Below, in pieces: positions 57,901 to 63,900 of a DNA stretch of 64,000 nucleotides. The stretch covers positions 13,849 through 77,848 of the forward strand of contig JBDRLN010000018.1 of NCBI GenBank assembly GCA_043812955.1, read 5' to 3'. Below the pieces are notes generated by a model. The model ran no database searches. It saw nothing but the letters and a program-made list of their open reading frames with translations, and was not told where the DNA came from. Position numbers and translations under genes: made by a program. Position 1 is the stretch's first letter; the number at the start of each line of letters is the position of its first letter. This stretch comes from Candidatus Omnitrophota bacterium. GTDB lineage: Bacteria; Omnitrophota; Gorgyraeia; Gygaellales; Profunditerraquicolaceae.

Positions 57901-60900
57901 GATGCGCTGCGGGTTGTATTCTCTATCTACTGGCCAGGCGGGAATACTGCTAAACCGGTTCAGCAAAGACCGTAACCAACGCCAAGCTTGTAGCGGCGAA
58001 CTAAAGCCTCTTTCTTTAGCCAGCGGCGAGGAGGCAGAATTTATACCAGCTACAAGAATACTTTCTTCAGGCTGAGGGCTTAAAACAATGAATTTTCCTC
58101 TTTCCGGGCCACTGCTTAATATTTTCCCTTTTTGATCAAACTGTTTATTCAAGAAAATAAGGGCATTCTGAGTAAAGTAGGTGCCTTCTTCTAAACCTTG
58201 AATATCTTCAAACCCTGCAAGCGGGAGCTTTTCCGAGAAAACGCTTTCTGCCAGAAGCAAAAAAAACAGCGTCGGTGCTTTTAAGAATACCCGGGAATAT
58301 AAACACGCGCTCATCCCCCTGCGAGGATACTCTGCGCATTTTTCATGCCTTATCGGGTATTTAGAACATCCGGAGGCAAAGATAAGCCCGCCTGCCGATG
58401 AATAATCAAAAACTGCCCGAATAGCCCAGCAAGGAAAATACGTATCGAAATCATTTCCTTTCTTCCCGCGATAAATACCCAGCGCCATTTCTCTTCTAAC
58501 AACCGGGCAATCCCTGCCGTACTCCTTTTTTAAAAATCTTCTTATTTTAGGATAATCGTTGAATCTAAATTTTCCCGGGATATCCTGCTCCAAGAAACAA
58601 CAAAAACTATCTACGCAGCGCCTTCTACCTAATATCTCTGCGAACCTTAAGTCTACCAGGCCTTCTTGGAAGTTTACTCCGGAAAAATTATTTGGCGAAA
58701 AGTTAACCGGCGAACTGGCTTCCTTTTTAATAAGCTCCTGGTTTTTAACCAATTCCGGATAATTAATTATTTTAGGGTTATTTAAATCGGCTAGGAAATC
58801 TTTATATCCCACTACTCTTATCAGGCCCTTTTGGCCCTGATAGCAAGTATTATACATATGCACAATTACTTTTCCCGAGGGATAAAGAAATATACCGATA
58901 CGTGAAATATCTATTGATTTGGTTTCTTCTATCTTAAAATTCTCCTTTAATACATATTTCGTAGTTAGTATTTTTTTAATGTCCGGAATCCTTGATATAT
59001 CCTCGGATTCATCTGTATATAACATAAGTATCCTGGTCATCGGATCCCTGATCAACTCTAATATATATTCCTGGCTTAAATCATACTTAAACAAATCCCA
59101 GATATCGGTATCACTAGAATACCTCCTTAAGTATAAAACTTTGTTCCGGCTATCGGCTATAACCATATCTATGCATTGAGATAGAAACTCAACCACGGGT
59201 CTATTCTTAACCTCAACAGGATAATCTAAATAGCTCATTCTTCTGTATCCGGAAAGGTCGACCAAATCTTTCGTTTTAATTATTACCGGAGAGCTGCCTT
59301 TGTAACCTTGCCACGCTGTCCCAGCTAAAGCGGACACGCTGTCCGAACCAAAGCGGACACTGTGTCTTAGAATCAGCGGCGAGGCAATAGCAGGTGCCTG
59401 AAAATTATACGCTATTGGGCTTGAGCCGGATCGAAATTTATTTTCAGCCCTGCGTCGCTTTGCACCATCAGGGGCCTTCCCGGTATTTTTTATAAATTGA
59501 CCCGGAGAAGGAAAGCCTTTATCATTTACATAATGAGATGAGAGATAGTTAATGCCGCCGTGCCCGGGAACAAAAATAAACTTTTTTCCGCTATTACGGA
59601 AGATATTTTCTTTAACCCAGTGTAAAATTAAACCTAACTCGTTGGTAAGCCTGAAAAAATCTCTTTCCGACAGTTTCAAAAAATCTTTCAACGCCCCGAA
59701 TTCTATTAAAATGGCATTATAGCCCAGGATTTTTGAAACTTCTTCTTTCCACTCGCGGACCGAGACTTTCTGATTTTTAAGCTCCACCACATAATTACGG
59801 CTATCCCGCGCGAAAAATACCTTTAAACCGGGATCAGTATTAAAATGGCCCTCTGCCACTAAACTGTCGCTACCATATTTATCTTTAATCAATAAAATCA
59901 GATTTTTAAAATAATCATTGCTCTTTAACCCACTGGGCGGCTCATAATATTTTTTCCCAAATATAATTGATAACCTTTTAAACAAATGATGCGCAACTAC
60001 TGCCTCAGGTATCTCGGATAACCCAGCAGCTTGAATATACTGTTTAGTTTCATCAATTAAACCGGGCAAAACGGAATCTTCTGAAACTGACGATTTAGCT
60101 TCGATCAGCGCCATATCCGCTGCGGGCTGATTATTTAAATTATTATCCTTACCATCTGTAAATCCCAGGTTAAATAAACCTATAGTTAAAATAACTGCCA
60201 GGTTAACAGGCCTAAAACTTGCCGGCGAGCTGGCTGTTTCTTTTAAAATTCCTCCTATAAATTCATCCTCAAAATACATATCTGTGTCAATTCTGTAAGG
60301 TAGGTTTTCTTTTTTTAGATGCTTTCTTAAACAAGCGGTGTCTGCGCTGCCGGAGAGAATAACTACTCTGGGCCTGAAAAATCTGGTTAAATCAGCTAAA
60401 TCATCATTCTTAATGCAATCTTCAGATGGCCCGACTAAACAAGGAATGCCAAAATGTTCCAAATTAGCTACTAAAATATCAACGCTATCATTAAATCCGC
60501 TTTTTTTCTTTAATTCGGAGAATAAACAACCCATATATTTAAAGCTGACTCTTTCTTGCGGCAAGGCGTTTACTTTAATAGACTCAAGGAGAATTCTCTT
60601 AGACTCTTCATGCCTATCCAAGGCGTATACTTTTTTAGCCCCTAATGATAAGGCTGCGAAAGTTATCACTCCGTCTCCGCAGCCGGCATCTACCACCACT
60701 TTATCTTTAATTTCAAGATGCTGCATCCCCAGCAGGCATCCCGCTGTCCAATGTTGAAAAGTCCTGTTATCATAAGCATAATCTTCTTTGCGCATATTTA
60801 ACATATCTACGCCAATGGCTATTAACCCCTGTTCGGTGAATTTCATCAAGTCGAATAAATGCAAATAATAATTATCAATAATAACTATTCGTCCCGAACG

Positions 60901-63900
60901 ATAAAAATAAGTTTCCATATTACTGGAATGAGGCCCAACATGAAGGTTCACTCTGTCTTTATGCCCGTTAAAATTTACGTATCCCGCGTAACGGATGTCT
61001 TCCTTAAAACCATAATCACCCAACTTATTCGCTAAATCTGCCTCGATCGCTAAGGCCTGTATTTCATCAGCCGGATTTAAAGATTGAGCAGAAGCAGCCG
61101 GCGAACTAGACCATTTTCCACCTACGGGGTGGCGCCCACCTACGGGGTGGAATAAGATATAATTCCTTTGCACCGGTGAACTAACCTTATCGCCCAATCT
61201 TCCGATCGGACTATAAACAACTTCCGAGGCTTTGGCTATTCTTAAGACCGCATTCACATCTCCTGCTATACGATAAGATTTTATCCCATATTTAATCCTG
61301 GTTTTTTTTACGGCCCAGGCAGCTGCTTCTAAAACCTGCCTTCTTCTTAAATTTACCTGCTCGATAGAAAGCCATTTTCCGGTTAGGGCCTGTTCAGTTT
61401 CAAAACTGGATACAATGACTCCGCCGGCATTACTCAAGGTATCAGGGATCACTATAATGCCTCTTTCGTATAATTTAAGCTCGGCATCACTGCTTGTCGG
61501 ACCATTAGCCAGCTCTACCACTATATCAGCCTTGACCAAATCCACGTTATCCCGCCTTAACTGATTTTCTAATGCCGCCAGGACTAAAATATCAACCTGC
61601 GCCCCGATTATCTCAGCAGACCTGCCAGACAAACCGATCCTCCAATCTTTAACATCGAATTTTCCTAACATCTGCGCGTTGACCCTCCCCTGCAGAAAAT
61701 AATTTACCAGAGCTTCTCCTTGCAGACGATTATTTGCCCACTCCACCATAGGCGTTAGGTCTTCCAGGCTAAAACCTTCCTTCTTATAAAGAACGGCTGT
61801 ATGGTCGCTGATATATTGGATAACCGCCCCTTTTTTGACTAAATCTAAAGCTGCATATGAAGCAACATTGCCAAAACCCTGTATAGCCACGGTCTTTAGC
61901 CTTAAACCATCGACTATAACCCGCATAACATCCACTCCGCCAAAACCTGTTGCCTCAGTCCTACCCCAGGAACCGCCTAAATCAATTGGCGTAACCGGCT
62001 TGCCGGTATAAACTCCCAATAGAGGGAATGAATGACCCATCTTTGAATAACGGTTGACCTCTTTAAGCAAAGGCGTATCGGTAATGTCACGCTCTCCTTT
62101 ATTTATTATCCCGATCAACTCCGCGTATAGCTCCGGGTAATTATTCTGTATTTCACTGGTTTCTTCCAGAAAATATTTTATATATTCATCGGCATACCAA
62201 GAGAGGATCCTACCGTTTGTATTCATATCCGGGGCAGGTATATCTATATCTATACCGACCTGGTTATTCCTGGCTAACTCCCGGCTATGTAACCTGGAAA
62301 TCAAAGCTAAGTTATGCGGATCGCGCCAATTTTCGCAATCCTTTAAAACCAATTTTCCGGACTGAGCGGTTAATTCCCCGATAAAAACAATCCCTTTCCC
62401 GCCGCCCAGATTTAAACCCGCCTGTGAATTCTTTAAGGACATATCCAGCGACAGAGCATTGCATAATTCTTTAACCCACTTAATAATGAAATGTTTTATT
62501 TCCTCTTCCGTTGCCCGGAGTCCATTTAAACGCTCAATGGCTTGAGCGAATAATCCCGAACTTTCATTCATCAGGGTTGAGCCCGTGATATAACGTATTC
62601 CGCCTTTGCCCGGGCCCAAAACTACATTATTCCTAATTCTTACCTGATATATATTAGCCTGGTAGATAGAGTAATTCTGCCTTATCAATTCCGCGCTATA
62701 CCAGCTATCATATACATTAAAAGGAATCTTTAGTTGATTAATTATTCCCAGATTTACGCTATCTACGTAAGGCCTGGTTGCTTCCAGACGCTGCAGTGTA
62801 TCCTGCCAATAAGGATTAACCGTTTCCTGAATAAGTTTCTGGACTGCGGATTGAATGGAAGAAGAAGCAAGGACCCAACTTTGGCTGGCAAAAGGGTACA
62901 GATTTAAATAATTATGGTTTAAAGAATTAACTATGCTCGAAAAACTTATTCCCCGCGTTAATTCTTCTGGCAGAAAAATTTTACCCTCAACATCGATTAA
63001 GCCATTGACATTAGTATCAGTTTCCTGCATCAAGAGATTAAACTTAACGGATAAATTAAAGTTAATTGATCTTATATATTCATATAACTCAAGCCTGCAT
63101 TCATTAGTTTTAACTTCAATAATTAAATCTATGTCCGCGCCGGGATAGATATCTTCAAAGTGCTTCACGGAACTGCCAAATAACCAGATTTTTTTAATAT
63201 CGTCATAACGACTAACCAGCTCCTCGGTAATTAATATTGAGAGCGCATACCTTAATATACTATGCGCCGGTTTATAGCGGCTTGGGTCATCTAAAAGGTT
63301 TAACTCTGAAATTAACTCCTCTGCGCCATTTAAACGTAATCTTTGAGAAGTCTTAAACAAAGCCTTCTGCCATAATTTTTCCACCCTCATTGCTATAATT
63401 GTAGTTACGTCCGCGCCTACGGGCGAAGAGGAGATTGCTTTACCCGCAGAAGAAGAAAATCCGGGCTTTTTCGCCTGCAATTCCCACATTTTGTATATTT
63501 CTGTAATTAGGCCATTGACTTTTGCTTTTTTTATTTTGACAATAGTAAAACCTTTAAATAACTTCTCCAGAGATTCCGGTTCAAAAAACCGGTAAGGCAG
63601 CCCATCAAGAATGTAGATCTCTTTATCGACCGGTAAACCTTGGCCATATTTACCATCAGCCTGAGAATATACTATTGCAAAAACTCTTCCCCTCGGCTTA
63701 AGCACCCGCCAAATCTCATCAACTATACGCCTCATCATCCTATCGTCAAAAGATATCAGGCTGCAGTTAGCGTAAACTATATCAAATTCTCCATTAGAAA
63801 ACGGCAAAGGTTCTGTTAAATCCTGGACCTGGGCAACCAGCCTGCCTGCAATACCCTGCCGGATTGCCTCTTTAGATACCCGTTCTATGCAAACAGGGGA

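Noticed and set aside
58559-59179. Cys-rich segment of the giant protein (CVDSFCCF...CPVV...CWAIRAVFDYSSAGGLIFASGCSKY) as a second radical-SAM or Fe-S site
   Set aside because: No CxxxCxxC spacing and no other recognisable Fe-S cluster pattern. Left unassigned.
26200-61150. Possibility that the dispersed short repeats form a CRISPR array
   Set aside because: Copies are irregularly spaced, 5-30 kb apart, and belong to several unrelated families. They lie inside a coding region and keep the reading frame. There are no uniform spacers and no cas genes in the window.
25000-63200. About 60 plus-strand ORFs of 60-164 aa listed in the ORF track inside the giant gene (e.g. 26060..26458, 33680..34174, 41504..41914, 52598..53029, 55775..56200)
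   Set aside because: All are antisense to a continuous 39-kb ORF with recognisable domains. They are short and low-complexity and often just mirror the hydrophobic or repeat segments of the real frame. No motifs are seen in them, so I treat them as spurious.
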